This document shows positions 16,485 to 33,766 of a stretch of DNA of 64,000 nucleotides, piece by piece. Numbering within the stretch: the stretch's first letter is position 1; every line of letters starts with the position of its first letter. The notes below the pieces were generated by a model. It worked only from the letters and a program-made list of their open reading frames with translations. It had not been told where the DNA came from and made no database searches. The stretch covers positions 31,622,001 through 31,686,000 of the forward strand of contig CM097885.1 in the NCBI GenBank assembly GCA_044892525.1. The letters run 5' to 3'. The position numbers and the translations under genes were made by a program. Origin of the DNA: Schmidtea polychroa. Lineage: Eukaryota.

Positions 16485-18027
16485 GTTCTCAATACAAATC
16501 AATACAATATCAAAGTCAAATGAATTATTACCATACATAATGACGGTACTATAATGTAGAAAATTTTCAAACATTGAATAATATGAAATCCTCTTGGTAA
16601 TTAAATATATTGGGCGCAACTACCAAATGTTGATGATATGATGGATGGTTTTGTATTTATAATATTATTTTTAGATTATTCAGAATGAAATATACCCATG
16701 AGTTCATCAAAATGGGAAAAACATCTTCTCAAGAACCATGAAGATGCTGGAAAAGCCGAAGAAACCCTAATCAATATTTTAAAGTTGACATTATGTGTTA
16801 CAGTAGTATTGGTTATTATTGTTTCGTAAATAAATGTTTTAATTTGTTTTTATAAATTTATTGTTTTATTGTAATACCTTTTGATTAAAACATATTCATT
16901 ATTAATTCATTTTGTTTTAATATTTGTATTAATCTTTTAAATAGTGTTATTTATATATATATATATATGGAAATTTACAATTATATATACAATTATATTT
17001 ACAATTATTATAAATCATAATGATGCTTTTCTTCTGTCCATTGATTCTCCTCTGATATTACTGCCATAATCATCTTCGACAAAATGCAAAGATAATATTT
17101 CTAGTGTCTTTGTTAATCATGCCCATTTATTGCAAAGTCTTTGTTAATTATGCACTTGTATTGCAAATTTATTAGTCATATAATTATATTACTTTTTCAT
17201 GTCCTGACATAATATTATTATTTATTATTATGATTATTTTATTTAACAATACCATATAGCAAATTTTTAGGCAATTTAGTGAAAAGTACATGGTTATTTT
17301 AAATATTTCTTAAGTAAAATATTTCCAGATAAATTTACCAATTTAGTTAGAAATCCCTGGTTTTCGGCTGTACCATTTAATTAAAATATTCTAGGATTCA
17401 TAACAAATATTTTCATATAGTTGATACATATACCAATTATTTCAATTATTTAACTAGAAACATAACTGAATTCTTAGGTAATATAGTATTTTTTAGTTAA
17501 TTTATAAATATTATCTGACATTTTGATGTATCAATGCAATATACAACAAATTAATCAATAAAAAACATAGCATTTTGTAAGTTTTTATAGTCTGAATTTA
17601 TCCGACAAAATATTCTGTCCCCCTACGTGTATTTGTCGTAAGGGTACTGGTCACATTCAACATGTCGCAAGGGTATATTAATTAAGGCCTATGCATATTA
17701 GTTAAAAATTCTTAGGTAATTTAGTGATAAATGTATGATCATAGATATCAGAAATTCGTGAATAATTTGAATGTAACTTACCGAATTCTTATTTCGAGCG
17801 ACTAATTTATTGGTTAACTTTGTCATGTTTAGTCATTTATTATTTAGAAAAAGGAAATATATGCATATTTAGCATTTCATAGGTAATTTATTCATCTAGT
17901 GTTCATTACAATAATTTATATAAATTCGTGAGAAATGCATGGTCATTAATATATTTATTGATAATTTTAGGAGAAATTCATTATCATTTGGAGTAAATTT
18001 CTATCTTTGTTCGAGGCAAAAAGGAAT

Positions 18028-20898
<2,871 letters not shown>

Positions 20899-21676
20899 CA
20901 TTATTAATTTATCATTGAGTAATGAATAATTTCCTCACTTTAATGAAGATTCTTACCACCTGAGAATAATATTGTTAATTTTATCTCTCTTTTATTTTAA
21001 TTATCTTTCCATTTTACTCTGCTTACCAATTTAGAATAAGATTTTTTTATCAAAATTTGTAATAATTTGACTGATTCAATAATAAATTTGATGGAGTTAA
21101 TTGGTTTTACTATATATACTCTGAGTTTATCTGACAAGATGTTTTTACCCCCTGTGGGTACTTGTCATAAGGGTACTGGTTGTAAGGGTACTGGTATTTG
21201 GTTTTAATGCTTTTATTTAAATGATTATTTAGGCAAATTTGTTGTTTAAGGCATTCATTGAAAATTTTTAGAGTTGATTGTTTTAGTAAATATTCAAGTG
21301 AATTTCTATCATTTTTGTGAATTTCTATGTTTGTGAAAATCCTTGCTTTTTTTAATGAAGACTCCTTTTTGTATTGAAAATATCCTGAGACCTTAAATTA
21401 CCACGCTTTTTTTTGAAAATCCCATGACCAAGGTGACCCACATTATTTTAATTAGAAAAATCTATGCTTTTTAGTGTAGACCTTTTTTTGTATTGAAATT
21501 CTCAGGTTCCATCGAGAGCTGCTGACTACAGTCAGAGAAATCCTGGCTTTTTTCTATAGGACCCTTCTATTTGTATTGAAAAAAATATGAGTAACTCCCT
21601 GCCACAATTACGTAATCAAAAAAGCAAAAAAGACGAATTGCCGGGGGTTGCGGCAGGGAGCAACCAACTACCTACT

Positions 21677-21847
21677 ATTATATTATATTTTTAACCAATG
21701 AGAAGTAAGAAAAAGAAATATAAGAAAGATTAAGACGTATGCTCGGGAAGAAGATTGGTAAATTTCAGGAGATTGACAAATACTATCTCTTAGTCGAAAA
21801 TCTTTTCATTAAATATATTATTCGCAGCAAAAGGCTTAAATTATCAC

Positions 21848-21852
<5 letters not shown>
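21677..21852 (+). mobile_element. Penelope-like element copy A, 3' part (pLTR), ending in (TTA)n
   Basis: Continues 12547 collinearly with 42190-42368. Confidence 0.85.
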
Positions 21853-21946
<94 letters not shown>

Positions 21947-23189
21947 GTTATTATTATTATTATTATTAGTAGTAGTAGTAGTAGTAGTAGTAGTAATAGT
22001 AGTAGTAGTAGTAATGATTATAACAATAAAAAATAATTTTCCAAGACAAGAGTGATTTGAGTTATTGACAGATAGTCACTATCAAAATTTATGTCAATCA
22101 GTTTTCTTAAGTCCAAACTGTTGAAAATATCTGAACCCCAAATCCAACTTTTGTTCCATATTTAATATTTTAGAGTTTGTTTTTCTAATTCCAATTTATA
22201 AAAAACAAGTCTAGCATAAAAAAAAATAAAACCAAAATTATTCTACTGTTTTCGATTCACTCAATTTGATAAGAGGTTCTTTGCGTTAAAATGAAAACAA
22301 ATAAAATCTAAATAAGAAATCATATAAAAATTTCTATAATTAGAAAATCGTTCCAGGGAATATATAAGATTTCCGAAACCACAGACGAAAGTGTGAGGTA
22401 ATATTGAAACAAGATTTCTTCCTATTTTCTGCTTGAATAAAACGGGGGAAAATGGTTTACCAATTTCAATTTCATTATTGGTGCATTATGTCAACTAAAA
22501 ATTCAAGTGAGTTGCAGTTGAAATTGGCCAGAAAAATTGACGAAGTAAGAAAATGTTATACTACTCGGTTGATACATGTAATTTTTACATAATACTGCCA
22601 CTATAATGCACGATCTGTCAGAATACATAAATTATAAAGGACAGAAAAATAATTAATTTTCATTCAAGAAATCTATGATTTATCTTTATATTATATTCAT
22701 TTGGAAAATGTAAAAATTTATTTCTATTATCATACGGCTTTAAGTCTATGGAGAATAAATTCAATTTGTTTTAATGAAGTGTTGATTTTGACAATATTTG
22801 ATCCTATCTGACTTAATTAAGACTTTGGATAATGTACACATGATATAAGAAAACTAATTCAAGCATAAAAGTATGTGCACGTATTGGAAATCTGGACAAT
22901 CATTAGGGCTTAGAGGCAGTGAATAAGATTTGGATTAAATAAAAACAATATAAAAAATTGAATAAAGTTATATTATCGAAACACACAAACTTACTTGTAT
23001 GTAAAAACTTAATGTAGCATGGAATAAAAACATTTATATAGAAATTGAAGTGGTAGAAAAAATAAATTGAACACACAAATACAACACATAATAAAAAGCA
23101 TGCATTATTATTATTATTATTATTATTATTATCAAAATTATTATTATAGCAAATATTACTGAAAAAAACATATACCCCCTTCAAAGTCT

Positions 23190-23495
23190 TTGTTTAACGA
23201 TGAGTCACGCAGCACATTTCTATCTACTCGGTGGTTACGTAGTGATGTCCATTCATCAAACGATAAGGAAAATCTCTCACCTACACAAAACGAAATCAGA
23301 TTTTTTTTGCCTTCTATTTCAGTGATTAAAGAATTCTTAATTTTTTTGCTGTAATCTACAATCATTTTGCGCACTGTGTTGACTGTTGTAGGTAGACTTT
23401 TGAATCCTGTTGCTATAAGACCTGCATTTAAATCAGAAGAATGGAATATAACGTTAAATGAAAGTGCTGTTAAAAGTGCGGAAAATTAGTTAACA

Positions 23496-23526
<31 letters not shown>

Positions 23527-24109
23527 CAAAATTATTATTATTTTTTTCGGTCTTTTTGTTGTTGGTTCATCTGGTGTATTTGCCGAAGTAGTAGCTGTTG
23601 TGAGGTTAATTTTATAGACGGAAAGTAGGTTCGTATGGAGATCTTTTGTTGAGCCACCTCCAATTTGTAAATTATTTTCGCAATCGGTATACTTACACAT
23701 CGCTGTCTGTCCTTTTTATTCTTGTAATAAATATTTCCAAACAACAGAATTTTTTTCTTTTCATGGTTTATGTAAGACGCCATTATATATTTAAAATCTG
23801 CAGTTTAAAATTTAAACTTTAAATAGTGCGAATGAAAATTTAATTAAAACTAGCACTTTAAAATTATCAAAAACAATAATAATGTAATTGCAAATTGCTA
23901 TATTGAAAAAAAAGTTCCAAGAATTTCGAATTTTAAAATTTATAAATTTTAAGAATTTGAATGCAAAAAAAAAATTCAAATCTCAACCAGAAAAATTTAA
24001 ATTTGAAAATATTCAACCAATTTCGATTTTTTAAAAAGAATTTTTTAGTAAACTGTAAGCTATTTTTCCTTTTAGGCTGAAAAGTCAAATTCCTGGATTC
24101 CGAACTCTA
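23190..24109 (-). mobile_element. Decayed hAT transposase 5' portion (BED finger and first catalytic Asp)
   Basis: Minus-strand fragments IWKY...AMCKYTDCENNLQIGGGSTKDLH (BED-like) and RFSLSFDEWTSLRNHR (hAT motif); candidate terminus TAGAGTTCGGAATCC at 24109. Confidence 0.75.
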
Positions 24110-25009
24110 ATTGTGGATGTTTGAAAAAGAAGGTCCTGTAATTATTTAATATAATTAAGCAAAAATAAATTAAAATTACTTTTTAAAAAAAATTTATTTT
24201 CAGTAGTAAAACAAAAAATAAATCCTAAATCTTTTTCTTCAAATAAATCTGTTGATGCATAATTTTGTAATTTACAATTCTTGGACATATGATAAAACCA
24301 ATTTGTTAAAACAAAATCAACAGATTCAAATAGTTTGTCCAAATAAAAAATATAATCCATTATAAACAAAAATACATTTTGCATTGGTTTTTAGATCTAT
24401 TTTTTATTTGAAAATCAGAATTTGAGTATCTTTTAGTAACAAAAACTAATTAGATAAAAAGTTTGATTTATTTTTTCATTTGATTTTTGAGTTTGGTTTA
24501 AAATAATGTGAGTGAAAATTTAATAAATCTGAGTAATTATGAAAGAAATGAGTTAGATAATTCCAAATAATAAATTAGTTAATTTTTAAATCAAAATATA
24601 AATTAACTAAATAATAGAAAATCGCCAAATAAGTATATCAAAATATAACATATTTCGAGCGTTTAACAGTCTTTTTTAGGCTAAGAATCCTATGAATAAC
24701 AACTAAATGAAAATAATAATATTCAAACAATTTAACAACTAATAATAGTAATTAAACTGTATCAAAAAGATATTTTAATAAAATTTTAAAAAACATTTTT
24801 TTAAATCATATAAAAATTATTTTAGTTTTACAAAAAGCACAAAATTGTTAACATTCTCATTTTTGTAAATCAATATAAAAAATATATTTAAATTTAAAAA
24901 TTAAAGTGTTTTTATACAAAAAATTTAAAAAAACCAACATCATCCCAAATATTAAATGTACAAGTTACATTTTTTGTTAAATTAAAGTCAGTATGGAACT
25001 AACGGCCTC

Positions 25010-25193
<184 letters not shown>

Positions 25194-26554
25194 TTTAGAA
25201 AATTATTTAGAATTAGGATGAATTTATTAAAAAATAAACTTATTAATTCTATAATTTTACTTGAAAATTAATTCTTTTTGACTAAGTAAAATTAAATGAA
25301 AGGAAAATTTGAGAAAATTAGTCTACATCGGATAGTTGCTTTTAATTGTTTCTTTCAATAATTAATACCCAATGAGAGGGCAATTGTAGCAAATATTAGC
25401 TATTTCTTACCATAAAAATATGATATAAACTTAAGTTAAAACGAAAAAATTGCAAGATTAATGAAAGTTGAGGATTATTATTATTATGTATGCCAATTAT
25501 TATATTTTATAATAATAATTCCATTTTTATTATTCAAATCTTTTTTTATTTTATAGAATGATTCTAAACGAAGGTTTTTGATTCAGAAATCTAGGCCACT
25601 GACCATTTTAACTGATGTTATAAAAATAAGGGTAAAACATTAGAAGACTATAACACCATCAAATTCTGTAAAAATAACTTTAAACAAAACAAACTATAAA
25701 TAAATATAAATATTTAAATCAATTAATGTTAATGCCTTCCAAAATCTTATTATTATTAAATTAATTTATTTTATAAATATATAAATGAAACCTAATAAAG
25801 ATTTTCTCCAATTCAAAATATTTTAATATAAAATAACTTATGCTATGTAATAAGAATTAAATAATTGTATTTATTTAACAACTTGACTATGAATCAGTAA
25901 AGATATCATAAAAAACATCGATATATTTATAGTCAATGTTTTTATAAATACAATGTCAACTGAAAAAAAATCAATGGTGAAAATTTAAAAAAGTTCTTAT
26001 GATAATTATGATAATTAAATAATTTAATGCATGAAAATGTACCTTAAAATGACTTTCATAGAGTGAACATATATTAAAGCTTTCCATCTAAAAGTCTAAA
26101 ATTTATCTGTATTTAATTATAATTATATAAAATTACAAGCACTGAGTTAGATTTTTATTATTAATAATATAATTCATATTTTGAAATGAAAATTTTTAAA
26201 AATAATGAAACTTTTGGTCAATAATTTAAAAACTTCATTTTATTAGAAATTTTGCATCGAAGATTCAAAAAATAGATTAGATTATTAAATAATTAAATTT
26301 AAATATCTTCGTATAAAATTAAAAAAGATTTTGTTTTTATTGAATGAATTTTAATTTCATTTATAAATTTAATAATTAGACGTCATTGAAACGTTCAAAC
26401 GTGTCGTAAATATAAAGTTATATTTTATATATGCGAAAAATAAAACTATTTTCATATTTAAAGGAAATCATGATTTTCAAACGAAGACATCCTTTCAAGA
26501 ATTTAAATTTAATTTTATATTTATTAAATTTTAACACCTGTTGCTGTTTCAGTG

Positions 26555-26669
<115 letters not shown>

Positions 26670-26733
26670 ACAACCCAACACAATAATATTTATTCGAAAT
26701 TATCACAATTAAACTTCTCTTTTATTAAAGTGT

Positions 26734-26830
26734 TTCAGGTTGAAATTGAATAGTGTGCAGAGCAAACTAGTTATTTAAAGTTGTGTGAACTGAGATTTAA
26801 CTCTTTTGCACTATTCAATTTCAACCTGAA
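26734..26830. repeat. 22-bp perfect inverted repeat (hairpin or mini-MITE)
   Basis: TTCAGGTTGAAATTGAATAGTG ... CACTATTCAATTTCAACCTGAA. Confidence 0.85.
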
Positions 26831-27654
26831 TCCTGCACACAGATAAAAACTAAAAAGAATTCACCAAACACCAAAAGTATTGCATGAAACCAACTCAAAC
26901 ATAACACATAACAGAAGTAAACAAATTTGAATTATTGACGATAAGAGAAAGTAGGAATGAAAATGGAAAAGATTTCCACAGAATATCATCAGAAATTTGT
27001 CCAAAAATCGTATGTTTTTCGGACCACTACATCACGCTACTACACCACGCTGCAAGGTTTTCTGTTGACTCGGGCTTCCCATTAGCTCGAGTTTTACATT
27101 ATCGATGAATTAATTTTTAATTAGTTTATTATTTTATTATAACTTTCTCCAGGGACTCCTCACTAAATATTCATTATTTTCTTTGGATTTGTCTCATGAT
27201 TTGGCGTTCAATCATACCCATTTCCTCCGATCAATATTAATTTTTACATTTTATAAATTTTTAATTTATTTTTGCACTTTTGTTATTTTGGTATTTTTAT
27301 TGATTTTTATTGTGCTTCCGTTTTTTGTGTCTTTATATATTACCCAAACAAGTTTAATGCGTGATATAATAATATTTGTTATATTATTGTTTTTGATTAT
27401 TTGATTTGTGTGTGGTATGAATTTGTTATGTTTGGAGGCTGTTATTTGATGGGAAGAGCCCGAAAGAGTCTCCGTTAAAACTTGTGGCGGGACAATCGGG
27501 GTTCGTGCTGTGTACTAATAAAGTAATTACAGATAAAATAAAAATAATAATGAACAATAATATTTAGTGAAATAGAACTTTTATTCAAATACAAATTTTA
27601 AAACCTTGAGTTCGGAGGTAGACAGTAATCTTGTAAGCTTTTACGGCCTTTGAG

Positions 27655-27890
27655 TTTTCTTTTTTAAAATTAAGCGGCCTTCAGTTTATTTATGATCAGT
27701 TTATTTATTTTCCGTCTCTAGAGTTATCTTTTGATATTCTACTGTCTTCAGATTCTTTGTGTTACCTTCGAATTTTCTTTTTTAAAATTAAGCGGCCTTC
27801 AGTTTATTTATGATCAGTTTATTTATTTTCCGGCTCTAGAGCTATCTTTTAATATTCTACTGTCTTCAATTTCTTTATGTCCTTTCTTTT
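27655..27890. repeat. Tandem duplication, period ~118 bp
   Basis: AGCGGCCTTCAGTTTATTTATGATCAG at 27673 and 27791. Confidence 0.9.
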
Positions 27891-28699
27891 AATAAAATTT
27901 CGAACAATGATTTCTTTTCTTTAATCTTCCTTTTAGAATTATTTTGATATGTTATTAGTCCGTAGTTTTTTATTGATTTTTTTAAATTTTCCATTTACTA
28001 TAGCGATAATTCACTATAGTAAATTATCGCTATATAGATTTTTTTTAAAATCTGGATTTCCCAGATGGTGACAATTTATATTTTAGTATTCACAATTCCT
28101 AATTGTGAAAACTAAAATACAAGTAAAAATAACTATACATTACAATATTAAAGAGATATTATTTCAGTATATGATTAAAAAAGTTAAGTGCATGACTATT
28201 AAAGTCATGAGAAATACAAGAGCATAATTAACAAGGACATATAAAATACAAAAATATGGCTAACAAAGACAAGAAAAAACATAATAACAGTCTAATCTTT
28301 GGTCATTATTAACTATTTGATGTCGAAGATGATTATGGCGGAGATATGATGGAGCAAGAAGGGAATCAGACATCAGAAGAGCAGCATCATTTAGACAATT
28401 ATTTAAATAATATTTTTGATAGTTATTTTGTGAAATAACAGACGTCACTACAGATAGAAAATCAATAAGAGCAATAAATAGAAATAGTTATATTAAGCAA
28501 TCAATATTTAGCTTCCAGCTACTGAATGTGATGTAATAAAATTGGTACATTATGAGTACGATGCAAAGAGAATCAAAATGATTGCAAGCATCAAAGTAAA
28601 GCTCGAAAATCGAGTAAAATTTAGCACGCGTGTTGATGAGTACACTAATATATGAGGAAAACAATTTTTCATCTTTGTGATAAATGTATTGTTATTTAA

Positions 28700-29120
28700 G
28701 GGGCACTTTAATAAATTCTTTTAACAAAACCTTTTCTGGTGCACACTTTTGATAACCTTTCCAACTATGTATATATTCTGGTTGTAGGATGATTTATCAA
28801 TAATTTTTATTTAAAATTTACCCAAGATAATGTTTTGTAATTCGGCCGTGTGTGATTCCAAAGATGCCGATGTTTAAAAAATAACTTGTTTAGAAATTAT
28901 TTCTAAACATTTTGAATTTTTGGATTTTGGGGGGTATTTTTAAATTGTGGGAAATCTATTATAGGTATTTTTTATTTTGGCACTGCCTTTTTTCAAGGGA
29001 ATTTGATAAATAGTCTACAAGAAATTCGTCTGATAGTGAAAAGTCAGACGAACAAAGTTGATGAAAAGGGCCATCCAAATTCAGATCTGTTGATAAAACA
29101 TAGCGTTGACTTTCTTTTTA
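28700..29120 (-). mobile_element. Possible Merlin/IS1595-family transposase remnant
   Basis: Minus-strand fragments GIFGITHGRITK and HPTTRIYT/SWKGY (1-nt frameshift) resemble the WVFG...R and I.PGT.I.TD.W.GY motifs; heavily decayed. Confidence 0.4.
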
Positions 29121-29374
29121 GGAAAAACTGTTTCAATTTTAAATTTTCGTTAAGTTTTCCTAAATGTTTTCCCCTTGTTCTATCAAAGTATGAATGATAA
29201 TTATGTAATAGTTCAACTTGATATCCTTTCCTCATAAAACAATATCGTTCAGATCCCGTTATAGGTATTACTTAGTGATTGCAAAATATCCTAAAATGTA
29301 ATTAAATCGATAAATATCAATAAAAATCAAACAATAAAAATTTTTATTAAAATTTTTTTTATTTAATTTAACTT

Positions 29375-29600
29375 ATTAAAAAACGCTCTTAAAAAACATA
29401 ACGCATTTAGGCTTTCATCATTTAATCGTGACCGTAATTTTGTGCAGAAAATCCCTGCAGTCGAAAACGACCTTTCTGAATCAACACCTGTTGGTTGCAC
29501 GGATCTAAGCTAGTTCTAGGCCAATTCTAAATATTTACCACGAACTTTCATATTTTCAAAGTATATCATTTCTCTTTTGATAATTTTATTTATATCTCCT
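29375..29600 (-). mobile_element. hAT transposase C-terminal dimerization domain remnant
   Basis: Minus strand reads LRSVQPTGVDSERSFSTAGIFCTKLRSRLNDESLNALCFLRAFFNK (PT...ER.FS..G....R..L motif). Confidence 0.85.
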
Positions 29601-30558
29601 AATACTATTACTATAATTTTTTTTCAGGTTCATTACTTGACTCACAAACCAATTTAATTCAAAAGCTTCACAGTGCCGAATTTCAATATTTAAACATTTG
29701 CTTCTATGATATAACTTGAATTATCTTTTCTCATATCAAAACCATAATTGCGCAATCTTTTTTTTTCATTATAAAATTACAATAAAAATTACATGAAAAA
29801 ATACACGTATCATATTCTAGAGCGATTTCTGTCGAAAAAAATTATTCATACATTTCTATTTTTGGTCGCCACATTAAATTCGTTTTGTTTAAATTTGTAT
29901 AAAAAAGACACAACATAAATTTATTATGGATGTAAAATATAAATTTTCCAGTTCACTTCACATACGATTTCTTGATTTGTCACATAAATACTTAAAACAT
30001 AATTAAAATTAAATTTATTTTTATTTAAATATTATTTCAAAGTTTTTCATTTTAATTATTTTCTGAACTATATTGACAAACAATCAACAATTGACCAATA
30101 AAATGTTGCATTACCAGGCAATACTTAGACAATACTGTTTCGACGATATTTTTATTGAATGAGCTAAAAGAACCATTTTTCTAGAATTGCGATCACTTTG
30201 TCAATTGTTGAAATGATCCACCCTCAACATTTTTCATGAAAAAATGTGCATATTTAAAACTGCAAATTACATTGGTAGAAAAATTGAAATTTTTCATCAA
30301 ATAAATTCCACTGAAATTTTCTACCAATAGCAGCGATAGATTTGTGCTTTCCAATATTGTTTCATTTGTACTTTTCTCTGTTTGATTATATCATTCTCAT
30401 TGTAAATTTCGATCTTTCCGATGGATACATAATTTCGGAGATTTTTCTGGTTATATTTTAGCGACAATATAATTATGGAATTTTTTCATGCACAAGTATA
30501 TCCATTATCTTGTCAAATTGCTAATTTTTCTTTCGTAGTAAATGATAGTTTAAGTAAA

Positions 30559-30634
30559 ATGCCTCAAAGAAAGGGATTATTAACACCGCAGAATACTTTC
30601 CTTGATACTATAGCAACACGATTTGATGGAACAC
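30559..30634 (+). CDS. elk: Elk/Kv12 (KCNH3/4/8-like) K+ channel, coding exon 1 (PAS-cap)
   Basis: [25 protein letters not shown], then a GTAAGC donor; 76-nt phase-1 exon as in other KCNH genes. Confidence 0.95.
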
Positions 30635-30689
30635 GTAAGCGTTTTACTTTGGTAAATGAAATGAAATAATTATTAATATTTTTAATTAT

Positions 30690-31280
<591 letters not shown>

Positions 31281-31864
31281 TTAGTGATGAAAAATTGGAA
31301 ATTATATTTAAAATTATATATTAAAAAGTGCCGCCAAAAATGCATTTAATAAAAGTTAATAGATAAACTATCAATTAATTGAGAATAATGAGATAAATCA
31401 TCTTCAGGCAGATTCATTAAATTTTCTTTTTCCTACTTCGTAAATATCTTGCTTATTGAAGACATTAGAAAAAAATAATAACTAAGTAATAACTGGAAAT
31501 AACTAAGTGGGAAACCTTGTCATATATTCTATATATTTGAATGACAAAAGTATTAGGATGCATCTGGATAAATTGAATAATTAACAACTTTAAAATTTTT
31601 AAACTTTAACTGAAACCTTTTAATAAAATGAAATATTTAAATGAGAAAAGTACAAAGGAAAATTTAGTATTTTAAATGGAAAACTTATACATTGAATAAC
31701 ATTGATATTTTTACTGATTCATAGTCAAGTGTTTTAATAAATAAAATGTCAACTGAAATGAATTCAGTGGAGAAACTAGAAAAAAAGTTCTTATAATATA
31801 ATTTTCTGTAAACTATTAACTATTAGCATATATTATGTTATATTATATTATATTAAAGTATGAA

Positions 31865-32880
31865 ATGATGATTTCTTGGTAGCAACATTTATTATTTAAA
31901 ACAATTAAAAGATGATTTGATTCTTTTGCTGCAAATAATGTATTTAATGAAAATATTTTTGACTATAAGGTATTCCTTGTCAATCTTCTGGAATTTAGCA
32001 ATCTTCTTCCCGAAAATACATCTCGATCTTTCTTTTATTTCGTTTTTCTTATTTCTCATTGGTTCTAAATTTAATATATTATAATGATATACTTTCTTTT
32101 TCTGAAGAATTTTTTAAAAATTTTATTTAAAATTAAAATAAATATCATTTAAAATTCAAAATGACACCAAGCAAAATTTTTAAATTTTAAAGCTTCTATA
32201 ATTAGCCCATAGAAGCCTATTTTAATAAAAAAATATTTTAAACTATTTATAAAATAAAGCTTCCAATAATTATTTATATACGCGATTTTAATAAATGTGC
32301 CAATTCTGATTTTTATTCCTATCTTTTGAAATCATATTTTCTAATATTTCTGTTATTTTAATTATTATTATTTTATAATTTTTTTTATTATCAGTTATTC
32401 TCAAGGTCAATAACAGATCAAATTGATGATTTCATTGATTTTTCTCTAGTGTTCATTGTTAGCCGTCTTTTTATAAAGAGAATTGCTTCTATGAATCTGA
32501 CATTTTATTTGGATGTTTCCATTTGCTATGATTTCGATTGAAATATTTTTTCTTTCCTTCTTTGGTTGACATTGTTGGAGATGTCTATTTACCGAGGATT
32601 TTTCAGCAGGATCTAGATGTTCTTTAACTCTTTGGTGCAAGGTCCTGAGTGTACTCCCAATGTAAATTTACTTGCATACGTTGCACATGATGCAATAGAC
32701 AATGTTTTTCGAAAGCACATATCTTTCAGTGTCTGGCAGTTTTCCATTGTGCAATTGTTTCATTTTTTTGGTGTTGTTTAGTCTTGTGATTCGAATAGCA
32801 CATAAATCTTGGACATTGAGAAAAGCTCTGGCAAACAACACATTATTCGCAGAAAAAGGCTTTAATTATCACTTAATTTT
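31865..32880 (-). mobile_element. Penelope-like element copy B with GIY-YIG endonuclease pseudogene and short inverted 5' pLTR piece
   Basis: Minus strand KNIVYCIMCNVCK*IYIGSTLRTLHQRVKEHLD (GIY-YIG), preceded by a Cys-rich linker. 3' region matches the other copies; inverted pLTR piece at ~32845-32880. Confidence 0.9.
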
Positions 32881-33649
32881 TATATTATATTATACTATAT
32901 TAAATTATATTATATTTTTAATTATTAATCTTGATGACGTAATAGACATAATTTGCTTCAGTGAAGTCAAGAAAAATCTAGTAATAAGATTTTGTAAACT
33001 AAACATTTAAAATATCCTGATTAAAATCTTATAAGATTAAATATTAATTAGAATGGTACAGAAAGTAACTATTTTAATTTGCGATTTTGGATTTCATTTA
33101 TAATTATTTAAATTTATACTAAAATTTAAAGTATTTCAAATTTATTAAAAAAACAATGGGGGGCGTCATCTGTGCAGTTCGTTCCATGGCGCACAATATC
33201 CTGAGGACGCTACTTATTATTTTATATTATATCAAACTAATGTAGTGAGAGATATATTATTAGTTTCAAAATAAATTTTAATTATTATTTTTTTTCAAAA
33301 TAAATTTGTTTAAATATTTAAAAATTCATTATATCTAAAGCTCTAAATATAATTAAAAATTTATATTCGAACGGGAAATTAAATATAAATTAAATATTTT
33401 GTACTATGTAATTAAATAATGACTATATTTAGAAGGAAAAATTATTATGTATTTACAATTTAAAAAATTTATATCAGATAGATTTCCAATTACAATTTTC
33501 CAAGATGTTTAATATCGATTTTTATCTATCTGCACCGTTTTGATAATTGATTTTCAAGGTTGATTTATTTTGAATGACAATATTTTGAAAATTAATTAAT
33601 ATATCATATATTTAAAAATAAAAATAAAAGATGTGTATTATTTATTTTA

Positions 33650-33766
<117 letters not shown>

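Noticed and set aside
24645..24685. Degenerate hammerhead-like motif on the minus strand
   Set aside because: Core is mutated (CTAAAAA) and stems I and II do not pair convincingly.
30475..30558. Upstream in-frame ATG extending the Elk N-terminus (ORF track start 30475)
   Set aside because: KCNH proteins start at the MP..KG PAS-cap, so ATG 30559 fits the family; the extension has no support.
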